From Candidatus Latescibacterota bacterium (GTDB lineage Bacteria; Latescibacterota; UBA2968; UBA8231), in contig CBDCSU010000006.1 of NCBI GenBank assembly GCA_965221775.1, forward strand, positions 1,920,001 through 1,984,000: DNA of 64,000 bases, given 5' to 3'. The notes beneath the pieces were generated by a model. The model was given only the letters and a program-made list of their open reading frames with translations. It made no database searches and was not told where the DNA came from. The translations under genes were made by a program, and so were the position numbers. This document shows positions 38,042 through 46,442 of this stretch, piece by piece. Positions within the stretch are counted from its first letter, which is position 1, and every line of letters starts with the position of its first letter.

Positions 38042-41000
38042 TTGAAGCGGACCTTCCTGCTCCAGGCCCTCGCCGGCGCCGTCCTGCTCTTCGGGATCAC
38101 GGTCTACGCCGGACGGCTGCTGGGCGCCGCGGGGTCGGCCGCCCACCTCGATCTCGGGGGCCGCCACCCGGCCACCGTGCCGGCCGAGCTGCGCCGTCTC
38201 CTGCGCGGCCTCGACGGCGAGCTGACCGCCACCCTCTTCGTCAGCGGCCGCGAGCGCATGCCCTCCCACCTGCGGGAGGTGGAGGCGACGTCGCGGGCTC
38301 TGCTCGAGGAGATGGAGGACGCCGCCGGGGGGCGCTTCAGCTACCGGGTCATCGATCCCGGCCTCTCCGGGCCGGCGGGCGCCCGCTACGCCGCCTCGCG
38401 CCGGGCGAGTCCGATCCGCGTGCGCCGCGTCGTCGACGACGCCGAGAGCCAGGCGGAGATCTGGTCGTCCCTGGTGTTCTCCCGGGAGGGCCGGCCGCGG
38501 CGGGAGGACATCCTCATCCAGGGGATCGAGAACGCCCATCTGCCGCACCTGGCCCGCCTGGTGGCGGCGCGGCTGACGGCGGGGGAGTCGGCGCCGCAGG
38601 CCTCCTTCGCCCTCTCGGCGCCGCCGGGGTACGGGAAGTTCCCCCGCTACCTGAGCCAGCACGGCCCCGTCGTCGAGATCGACGTCGATGCGGGCGGCTT
38701 CATCCCCCGCGACGTGGACGTCCTGTTCTGGCTGGAGCCGCGGCGGGTGACGCGGCAGCACATCGCCGCGCTGCGCCAGTTCCTGGCCTCGGGACGGACC
38801 GCCGTCCTGGCGGGCAGCGCCTACCGCGTGCGCTACTCCGCCGGCGAGGAGGGGGAGGTGCGCTTCCGCGTCGAGGGGCAGGGCGGCGCCTGGGAGCGGC
38901 TCCTGGAACCCTTCGGCCTGGAGCCGGTGGCGGATCTGCTCATGGACCGCAACGCCGGCCCGGTGACGGTCCCGGTGGACGGGGTGGAGGGCGAGGTGGA
39001 GGCCCCCTTCCACCTGCGAAACCTGCCCGCCTTCCGCGACTTCCGCCCCTTCCGGACGCCGGCCCGGGGCGGTCTGAGTTTCACGGCCGCAAGCCCCCTG
39101 CGCGTCGACCCGCGCCGGGTGGCCGCGGCAGGCTACCAGGCTCACGTGGCCGCCACCACCACCGAGCACGCCTGGGTGCGGCCCCTGCCGCGGGGCGGGT
39201 TCGGCCTGGAGGACCTGTCCGCGGGCCTGCGCGTGCCCAAGCAGAACCTGATGATCCTGCTCACCCCGGAGGACCCGTGGGCAGGTCAGCTGCTGGTGCT
39301 GGCCTCGGCCAGCCCCTTCCGCGACGAGATCCTCGAGCAGGCCGGGTACGGCCACGCCGTCTTCGTGCGCGACCTGGCCCGCTCCTTCGCAGACCCCGGG
39401 CGGCTGGTGCGGCAGCGGGTCGATCGAGGGTTGCCGCCGGGCCTGCCGCCCCTGTCGGGCGGGGCCCGCGTGGGCTGGCGTCTGGCGGTGGTGGGCCTCG
39501 TGCCTCTGCTGTGGGCGGGGCTGGCCCTGCGGACCCTGCGCGGCGGCCTCCGGCCGGGGGGCGGGTACCGCCCCGCACGGGGCCCGGCGCTCGCGGCCGG
39601 AGGGGCGGTGGCAGCGGTGGCCGTGGTGTTCCTGGCGCTGCGCGGTCCCGTGTCCGGCCTGCACTGGGACCTGACCGCCGCGGGGGTTCACACCCCGGAT
39701 GCCTCGGTGGTCTCGGATCTGCGAAACCGGGCGGCGAAGCTGAAGGCCGAGATGGTGCTGTCGCCGCGGTCGCAGCTGCCCCCCGAGGTGCGCGGCGTGA
39801 CCGACCGCCTGCGGCCGGTGCTGGCCGATGCCGGCGTCGAGGTGGAGGTGCGCCGTCCCGTGGAGGGCCGGGACCCCGGGGTGCCCGCCTTCGAGGTGGA
39901 GCGGGTCCGGCGGGACACGAGTGTCACCACCGAGATCCACAGCGGACTCGTGCTGCGCCAGGACGGCCGCTCGACGACGATCCCCCGCCTCGACCGGCAC
40001 AGCGGCGCCCACCTGGACTTCCTCCTCGCCGCGGCATTGAAGCGGCTCGACGAGGGGCGGGCCCCCGTGGTCACGGTGGTCTCGGACCTGCCGCGCCTGT
40101 CGCCGGCCGAGGCCCACGAGGACTACCAGAAGAAGGGGTTGAGCGCTCCCCAGGGGGTGGACGTGTACGCCCGCGCCAAGGAGATGCTGCGGCAGTACGG
40201 ATACGACGTGCGCCATGTGCCGTTGCGCGAGCCCGTCTTCCCCGAGCGGCCGGGAGCGGTGATCTGGTTCCAGCCGCGGCGGGACTCGACGCCGGTCCTG
40301 ACCTGGCTGAGCCGGCACCTGGCGGGAGGGGGGCGAGCCGTGGTCGCCATGCAGCACTTCAACATCCAGCAGCGCCAGTACCGGGGCACCGGCTTCGGGA
40401 CCGTGCACTGGCCGCAGCCGCAGTTCCAGGACTTCGACCGCTACCTGAAGCTCTTCGGCGTCGAGCAGGTGCGCGAGGTGCTGATGGACCGCAGCCGCCA
40501 CCACCTGGAGTTGGACACCCAGGTGAACCGCACCGCCGTGCGCGAGTACGACCCCCAGCGGGTGGCCCTGCCCTTCCTGATCCGGGCCCTCGGCAGCAAC
40601 CACTCCCGCTCCTCGCCGGTGACCGGCCGGCTCGGGGACCTGCTGTTCATCTGGGGGAACCGCTTCCGCGTGGACGCCGGCGCTCTGGACGAAGCCGGCC
40701 TGCGCTCGCAGGTCCTGGCCACGACGACGGAGCGCGCCTGGTCCTACGACTGGAGCGGCGGCTTCCTGAAGGCGGAGACCCTGCGCGAGACCGCCGGCTA
40801 CCTGCCCGGGCTCCAGAGCCTCGCCCTGACCCTGGAGGGGCGCTTCCCCGCCGTCGAGGCGGAGGAGACCGAAGTGGGCGGCACCCGCCTGGAGGTGCTG
40901 CCGGTTGATGGTGCCCGGGAAGGCTGGATGCTGCTCCTCGGCTCCTCGGAGATGTTCAAGAACCACCGCCTTTTCACCGCCGGCTTCGCCCACGACCAGC

Positions 41001-41212
41001 TGCTGCTGAACGCGGCCGCCATGGCCGCTCTCGGACCGCGGATGGCGGAGTTGCAGGGGCGCGCTAGTGCGCCGGCCAGGGGTTTTGCGGTCCAGGGTTC
41101 GGCGAGCCGCGCCGCCTGGCGATTCGCCGTGATCGGCGGCGCCCCGCTGGCGCTTGCGCTCGTGGGGCTCTGGCGCTGGTGGCGTCCGCCCGCCCGGAGA
41201 GCACGGCCGTGA
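38042..41212 (+). CDS. GldG-like ABC auxiliary protein with two tandem modules
   Basis: Two repeats of TM / DL motif / periplasmic domain (LFWLEPRR vs VIWFQPRR, LLMDR vs VLMDR, ATTTEHAW vs ATTTERAW) / TM. Confidence 0.75.
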   Translation: MKRTFLLQALAGAVLLFGITVYAGRLLGAAGSAAHLDLGGRHPATVPAELRRLLRGLDGELTATLFVSGRERMPSHLREVEATSRALLEEMEDAAGGRFSYRVIDPGLSGPAGARYAASRRASPIRVRRVVDDAESQAEIWSSLVFSREGRPRREDILIQGIENAHLPHLARLVAARLTAGESAPQASFALSAPPGYGKFPRYLSQHGPVVEIDVDAGGFIPRDVDVLFWLEPRRVTRQHIAALRQFLASGRTAVLAGSAYRVRYSAGEEGEVRFRVEGQGGAWERLLEPFGLEPVADLLMDRNAGPVTVPVDGVEGEVEAPFHLRNLPAFRDFRPFRTPARGGLSFTAASPLRVDPRRVAAAGYQAHVAATTTEHAWVRPLPRGGFGLEDLSAGLRVPKQNLMILLTPEDPWAGQLLVLASASPFRDEILEQAGYGHAVFVRDLARSFADPGRLVRQRVDRGLPPGLPPLSGGARVGWRLAVVGLVPLLWAGLALRTLRGGLRPGGGYRPARGPALAAGGAVAAVAVVFLALRGPVSGLHWDLTAAGVHTPDASVVSDLRNRAAKLKAEMVLSPRSQLPPEVRGVTDRLRPVLADAGVEVEVRRPVEGRDPGVPAFEVERVRRDTSVTTEIHSGLVLRQDGRSTTIPRLDRHSGAHLDFLLAAALKRLDEGRAPVVTVVSDLPRLSPAEAHEDYQKKGLSAPQGVDVYARAKEMLRQYGYDVRHVPLREPVFPERPGAVIWFQPRRDSTPVLTWLSRHLAGGGRAVVAMQHFNIQQRQYRGTGFGTVHWPQPQFQDFDRYLKLFGVEQVREVLMDRSRHHLELDTQVNRTAVREYDPQRVALPFLIRALGSNHSRSSPVTGRLGDLLFIWGNRFRVDAGALDEAGLRSQVLATTTERAWSYDWSGGFLKAETLRETAGYLPGLQSLALTLEGRFPAVEAEETEVGGTRLEVLPVDGAREGWMLLLGSSEMFKNHRLFTAGFAHDQLLLNAAAMAALGPRMAELQGRASAPARGFAVQGSASRAAWRFAVIGGAPLALALVGLWRWWRPPARRARP

Positions 41213-41808
41213 CGGGCGGTGTTCCATTGGCCTCGGCTTGGTGGGGCTGGCGCCGGTGGCGTCTCCACGGGAGGCCGTGGCCGTGATGTGCGGTGGTCCG
41301 CTAACCCTCGCCTTGGTGGGGCTCTGGCCCTGGCGGCGGTCGTGTCGGGCGGCGCTTCGCCGGCCCTCGCCCTGGTGGGCCTATGGCGGCGTCCCCGAGG
41401 GCCGGGAGCCGCGGCCGTGATGGGCGGTAATCCGCTGGCCCTCGGCTTGGTGGGGCTCCGGAGCGGGCAGCGGTCCCTCCGCCGGGGGCGGCGCTCGTGT
41501 CGCGGCGCTCCGCCGGCCCTCGCCCTGGTGGGCCTATGGCGGCGTCCCCGGGGGCCGGGGAGCCACGGCCGTGATGGGCGGTAATCCGCTGGCCCTCGGC
41601 CTGGTGGGCCTCCGGCGCTGGCAGAGGTCCCTCCGCCGGGGCGGCGCTCGTGTCGGGCGGCGCTCCGCCGGCCCTCGCCCTGGTGGGCCCCTGGCGGCGT
41701 CCCCGGGGGCCGGGAGCCGCACCCGTGATGGGCGGTAATCCGCTGGCCCTCGGCCTGGTGGGGCTCCGGCGCGGGCAGCGGTCCCTCCGCCTGAGGGGGC
41801 CCTCGTGA
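41126..41808 (+). repeat. Degenerate tandem array of the gldG-like gene's 3' end (154-bp period, two ~75-bp subunits)
   Basis: (G/C)CCGTGA unit starts at 41126, 41206, 41280, 41414, 41568 and 41722. Core CCGCTGGCCCTCG(G/C)CCTGGTGGG. Confidence 0.9.
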
Positions 41809-42848
41809 TCCGCCACCTGCTGCTGCTGGCCGTCGTCCTGGCCGGAGTCGCCGCGGCGGACGGCTGGCTGCGCCAGGCCCGGGACAGCCGCCGCGCCGAG
41901 GCGGGGGCGCTGCGGGCGGTTCTGCCTCCCTCCAGGCAGGTCGAGCCCGAGCGGGTCCGCCGCCTCTCCCTGCAGATCCCGGGCTCGTCCCCGTGGGTCT
42001 ACGAACGCCGGGGCGGCACCTGGCGCTTCCCCGCCTACTTCGGCGCCTACGTCCACTCCGGTCGGGTGGACGGGCTCCTCCACGAGGTGCTCGGCGCCTC
42101 CGGCACCCTGGTCAGCACCGACGACGAGGACTTCGACGACCTCGGCGTCTCCGGGCCGCAGGCCGTGCGCCTGACCCTCGAGGGCAACGCCGGGGAGTCC
42201 CTCGGCGAGATCTGGATCGGGAGGGGGATCCCCGGGCCGGCCGGCGACGAGAGCTACGTCCGCCGAGCCGGCTCGGACAGCGTCCTCCACCTGCACGCCA
42301 ACCCCCTGCGCCAGGTGGGAGCCGCGCGGCCTCCCATGCTCGACCCGCACCTGATGCCGAGGGACGAGCGCCGCGCCGCGGTGGTGGAGGTGCTGGTGGC
42401 GCCGCCCGCCGAGGAAGCCTACCGGCTGCGGCGGGTGCTGGCGGCCTTGCCCGAGGACGCGCCGGCCCTGCCTCTGCCTGTAGGGGAGCGGGATCGCTAC
42501 CGCTGGCTGCTGCAGCGGGAATCGGGCGTGGACAGTTGTGTCGACGCCAGCGTCTATGCCTACCTGACCTACCTGCGGCAGGTGCGGGTGGAGCGCCTCG
42601 TCGACCCCGCGGCCTCGGCGGGATACGGATTCGGCGCGGCCCGGGTAGAGCTGACCGACGAAGAAGGGGTCCGAGACGTGCTGGAGGTCGGAGGGGCGGC
42701 CGGCGCCCAGGAGCGCTACGCGCGCAACGGCCGAGCCCGGCTGACGGCCGTCCTCGCCGCCGGGCGGGCCGAGTGGCTCACGCCCCCGGCGGCGGTGCTC
42801 CTGGACACGCTGGCGCAACCGTCCCCCTTCGAGGGCGCCCGCCGCTGA
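41805..42848 (+). CDS. DUF4340-like protein
   Basis: N-terminal TM, YVRR motif, two similar beta modules, and the usual position after gldAFG-like genes. Confidence 0.7.
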   Translation: MIRHLLLLAVVLAGVAAADGWLRQARDSRRAEAGALRAVLPPSRQVEPERVRRLSLQIPGSSPWVYERRGGTWRFPAYFGAYVHSGRVDGLLHEVLGASGTLVSTDDEDFDDLGVSGPQAVRLTLEGNAGESLGEIWIGRGIPGPAGDESYVRRAGSDSVLHLHANPLRQVGAARPPMLDPHLMPRDERRAAVVEVLVAPPAEEAYRLRRVLAALPEDAPALPLPVGERDRYRWLLQRESGVDSCVDASVYAYLTYLRQVRVERLVDPAASAGYGFGAARVELTDEEGVRDVLEVGGAAGAQERYARNGRARLTAVLAAGRAEWLTPPAAVLLDTLAQPSPFEGARR

Positions 42849-43096
42849 GAAGGCCCCCCGCGGTGGACCAGGAAGCGGCCCTGCTTCGTGCGCTGGCCCG
42901 GTCGGAGGGCGGGAGCAGTCCGCCTGCGCAGATTTCCGTGTGAGGTCGGCCGTCGCGGGCCCAGGTTCGTAACGCTTATCTTGGCCCGGGCAGCCAGCCC
43001 CGGGTCGCCGACCGACCCGGGCAAGCCTCGACGGCAGGGGTGCTGGCTTGCCACGCGCCGAGGCCGCCCTGAACTGCTGGACAACGGAGGCTGACA

Positions 43097-43840
43097 ATGA
43101 ACCACTCCCGATCTGCCTGGCTCGCCGCTCTTGGAGGACTCGTGCTCCTGGCAGCCGGCGTCAACGCGGAGTCGATTGAGGATGCGAAGGCCGCCTTCGC
43201 GGAGGGCCGCTTCGCCGACGCGGCCGCTATCGCCGAAGCGGCCGGGACCTCCGAAGGCTATGCCCTGGCGGCGCGATCCCTCGCCGTGTACGGGCACTAC
43301 GCGGCTCCCGAGGAAGAGAAGAAGGAGTTGTTCGAGCGCGCTCTGCAGTTGGGGGAGGAAGCGGTGCGTGCAGATACGGCGAACCCCGAGGGGTACTTCC
43401 AGTCCGGCCACGCCCTCGGCCGCTACGCGCAGAGCATCGGCACCATGAAGGCGCTCCGGAAGGGCCTCGGCGGCAAGACCCGCAAGATGTTCGAGGCCAC
43501 CCTCGCCCGCGCCCCGGACCACGCCCTGGCCAACCTGGCTCTCGGCGGGTGGAACGCCGACATCGTCAGCCGCGCCGGGCGCATGATGGCCAGGGTCATG
43601 TACGGGGCCACCCGCAAGAAGGCGACCGTCCACTTCGAGCGCGCCTTGGAGCTGGCCCCGGAGTCGAAAGTGGTGCTGCTGGACTATGCGCTCAGGCTGC
43701 CGAAGCTCGCCGGCAAGAAGGGCAAAGAACGGGCGAGGGGGCTGCTGAAGAAGGCGGTGGGCCTGCCGGTGGGGGATGTCTACGGCGGGTTCGTCCACGA
43801 ACGGGCGGTGGACGAGCTGAAGGCGCTGGAGGGGGAATAG
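43097..43840 (+). CDS. Exported TPR-like helical protein
   Basis: Signal peptide (..AAGVNA), TPR-like FERALELAP and GHALGRY, GGAGG SD. Confidence 0.75.
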   Translation: MNHSRSAWLAALGGLVLLAAGVNAESIEDAKAAFAEGRFADAAAIAEAAGTSEGYALAARSLAVYGHYAAPEEEKKELFERALQLGEEAVRADTANPEGYFQSGHALGRYAQSIGTMKALRKGLGGKTRKMFEATLARAPDHALANLALGGWNADIVSRAGRMMARVMYGATRKKATVHFERALELAPESKVVLLDYALRLPKLAGKKGKERARGLLKKAVGLPVGDVYGGFVHERAVDELKALEGE

Positions 43841-43849
43841 GCCAAGCCC

Positions 43850-45097
43850 TCAGCTGGGCATGCCGCGCCCACGGTCGCGGCCCAACAATTGGGACAACTT
43901 CGCCATGGCCGGATTCCTGGCCGATGCGGCGGCGGGCATGCTCTCCAACCGCTGCAGCAGTTCCGACTCCGAAGAGTGCCTCGGCCAGTCCAGGTTGGCG
44001 GCGACCCGGTCGTCGTCGAGCGTGATCGCGGACAACTCGAGCAGCCCGACCAGATCCCGCACTAACGCACGACCAGGGAACTTGAGGCTTTGGTAATCGG
44101 CCCAAACCCTTCCCGCAAGCTCAGTCAGACTGATGGAGCCGACGTCCAGCAGGATCTCCAGTACTATCAGCTGGCGGTCCGCCAGGACCCGTCGGCGGGG
44201 ACTGCGGAGCTGCGCGAACAAGGACCTGGCGAACTCGCGGAACAGGGTGCGCTGGTGGTTGACGGCGATGGCCTCCGCCACTGCGTTGCACCGCTCGGCG
44301 ACCGCCCCGAGGGCGAACCGGAGGAAGGGGGTCAGGTCGTGTCCCCCGTGCCGGGTGGCTGTCAGCGCCGCCAGGTACTCCTCCTTGTGCTCGTAGTAGT
44401 AGTTGGAGAGGCTGACCATCACCATGTCGTTGACCCCGGCCTGCCGCAGCATGAACGCCTCCAGTGCGCGGGCGGTGCGGCCGTTGCCGTCGCCGAAGGG
44501 GTGCATCGATCCCACGTGGTAGTGGGTGGCGACGGCCTGAACGATCCGGTCGTGTTGCCGGAACTCCCCCTCGATGGCGGAACAGAGAGAATCGAAGGCG
44601 GTGCGGCACTCGCTGCCGCCGTCGGCCCCCCTGCAGGGCGGCGTGCCGAAGGTGACGTTCCAGGCCTGGGGACGCAGTGCTCCGGGCTCGCAGTGATCGT
44701 CGTCACAGCCGGTCACGATGCGCCGGTGGGTCTCCAGGACGAAGTCGGTGGTGACCCACCGGTCGGCCGGCTGTGAGCGCATCCAGCGGCAGGTGGCGTC
44801 GGCGGCCCTCAACTGCCGCTGGGAATGGGTCAGGCCGGTGTGTGCGGGAGGGTCTGGGGCGAGGGCTTCTTCCTGCTCACGCTGTGTGAACTCGGCGCCT
44901 TCGATGCGCGAGGTGCCGGCGGCCTCCAGCCGCAGTTGTTCCTCGTGGACCTGCTCGATCCACCGGGGCAGATACGGCATTCGATTCAGGACTCCGGCGG
45001 CGGCCTTGGCCTGCACCAGCGACTCGAAGACGGCCGTGGGGTCGTAGCGTATCCACTGCTGCGGTATTGCGTAGCGGCTGATGGCCTGGGGTTCCAT
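43850..45097 (-). CDS. Fic-family protein (AMPylase) with N-terminal inhibitory motif
   Basis: HPFGDGNGRTAR Fic motif and TSRIEG (S/T)xxxE(G/N) motif. Confidence 0.92.
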   Translation of the reverse strand: MEPQAISRYAIPQQWIRYDPTAVFESLVQAKAAAGVLNRMPYLPRWIEQVHEEQLRLEAAGTSRIEGAEFTQREQEEALAPDPPAHTGLTHSQRQLRAADATCRWMRSQPADRWVTTDFVLETHRRIVTGCDDDHCEPGALRPQAWNVTFGTPPCRGADGGSECRTAFDSLCSAIEGEFRQHDRIVQAVATHYHVGSMHPFGDGNGRTARALEAFMLRQAGVNDMVMVSLSNYYYEHKEEYLAALTATRHGGHDLTPFLRFALGAVAERCNAVAEAIAVNHQRTLFREFARSLFAQLRSPRRRVLADRQLIVLEILLDVGSISLTELAGRVWADYQSLKFPGRALVRDLVGLLELSAITLDDDRVAANLDWPRHSSESELLQRLESMPAAASARNPAMAKLSQLLGRDRGRGMPS

Positions 45098-45280
45098 TTG
45101 CGGGCCATTTCCGTCCCGTTCCGAGAACGATTGAGCCTAAAGCATTGTTTTTCCATGTCATAGTATAGGCCAAGCCATTTCTCGTTTCCATCTCATTTCA
45201 AGACCGTTTCGATCCCGGAGCCCGGGCCCCAGCAGCGAGTCAGCCGCCCGTCGCGGTCCAGCCGCCTGGCCGGCCGGCGA

Positions 45281-45790
45281 TCAGACCGGATCCCTGGAGA
45301 GACGGCCTTCGTCGTCGATCAGGACGACGCGGTCCGGACGGTGGGGGCCCCACCTCCACATCACGAGGTTGAGATCGTCGCCGCCGGATCCGGCGGCGTA
45401 ACTCCGAACCCGCATCCCCGCATGGCCTTCGGCGATCAGACGGTCGGCCAGGGCCTGGGACGCCGGTACCGCGCCGGCCAGCATCTCCGCTTCCCAGGTG
45501 GGGCATGCGAACTCGGAATCGCTGGCGCCCAGCGCCCGGCACTGCTCTTCGTCCAGGGCATCGAAGACCGGCTCGGCATCGACCTCATAGGCGCAGAGGG
45601 TTACCGGCTGGAGGGTTCGGCCTAGTGGCAACGCTTCGCGTATGGCGGTCAGTGGGGACAGCGAGGTGTAGAGCGCGGGAATTCCAGGCCGATTGAAACG
45701 CCCGCCGTAACGGCGCGAGCCCTCGCCGGACAAGGGGCTCCAGGACCACTGCGGATTGTGGGCCCGGTAGACCAGCCCCTGGAACCGCAT
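45281..45790 (-). CDS. RES-domain toxin
   Basis: YR, SGEG..YGGRFN, LYTS...AIRE and VRS. Confidence 0.9.
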   Translation of the reverse strand: MRFQGLVYRAHNPQWSWSPLSGEGSRRYGGRFNRPGIPALYTSLSPLTAIREALPLGRTLQPVTLCAYEVDAEPVFDALDEEQCRALGASDSEFACPTWEAEMLAGAVPASQALADRLIAEGHAGMRVRSYAAGSGGDDLNLVMWRWGPHRPDRVVLIDDEGRLSRDPV

Positions 45791-45806
45791 TCAGGAGAGC
45801 AGGAAC

Positions 45807-46157
45807 TCAGGCATAGCCCCCGGCCATGATCCGGTCGAGATAGGCATGCACCTGATCCGCCTTGCCTTCGCGCAGCAGCTGATCCGGGGTGGCGCCCCCG
45901 AAGCCGGGCAGTGGCTCGGCGCGGAACCAGGCGTAGGCGGCAAGCGGGGACCCGGAGGCGTCTTCGACGCGGTTCAGAATCTCCAGCATCTGGCGCAGAC
46001 GGATCTGTGTCTTCCGGGCCTTGACCCGTGATGCGCGCGTGAATGCGTCCTTTCCGAGGCCCAACGTGCCGGCGATCTCCAACTTGGTGGTGCGCAGCGC
46101 GTCGGCGACGAGCGTAGGCGAAAAGACCTGATCCTCGACGAATTCACTGAATCGCAT
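45807..46157 (-). CDS. Xre/MbcA-like (DUF2384) antitoxin
   Basis: AWFRAEPLPGFGGATP...YLDRI..GGYA, directly upstream of the RES toxin. Confidence 0.88.
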   Translation of the reverse strand: MRFSEFVEDQVFSPTLVADALRTTKLEIAGTLGLGKDAFTRASRVKARKTQIRLRQMLEILNRVEDASGSPLAAYAWFRAEPLPGFGGATPDQLLREGKADQVHAYLDRIMAGGYA

Positions 46158-46203
46158 GGCCTGACCTCATGGTTTATGACGCAATATAGCGATATGCACC
46201 GTG

Positions 46204-46345
46204 TCATCCAGTCCAGGAACGCGTGGCAGCGAGGCTGCCGTAGAGGCCGAAGAAGCTGAGGACCGATGGCAGTGGCACCAGACCGAGGATGATCGCTGGT
46301 CCCGTCGTCGCTATTCCGAATGTACCCCCCAGCAGTACCCCACCA
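46204..46345 (-). pseudogene. Scrambled remnant resembling the RND permease C-terminus
   Basis: GVLLG..FGIATTG..LGLVPL..FFGLYGSL...W.G versus permease GVLLG..FGIIMTG..LGLVPL..FFGLFGSL...WGG. DNA similarity to 46677-46733. Confidence 0.7.
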
Positions 46346-46442
46346 TGTCGGGTGGTTCTTCGTGCCGTGCCGTGGGTCCGGCCCGCTAGGACCTCGCCGA
46401 GGCTGGGCCTCAGCCGCAGGGCAGTCAACCGCGGGCCCGGGG

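Noticed and set aside
41126-41808. Possible CRISPR array
   Set aside because: Units are degenerate and derived from coding sequence, there are no unique spacers, and no cas operon is present.
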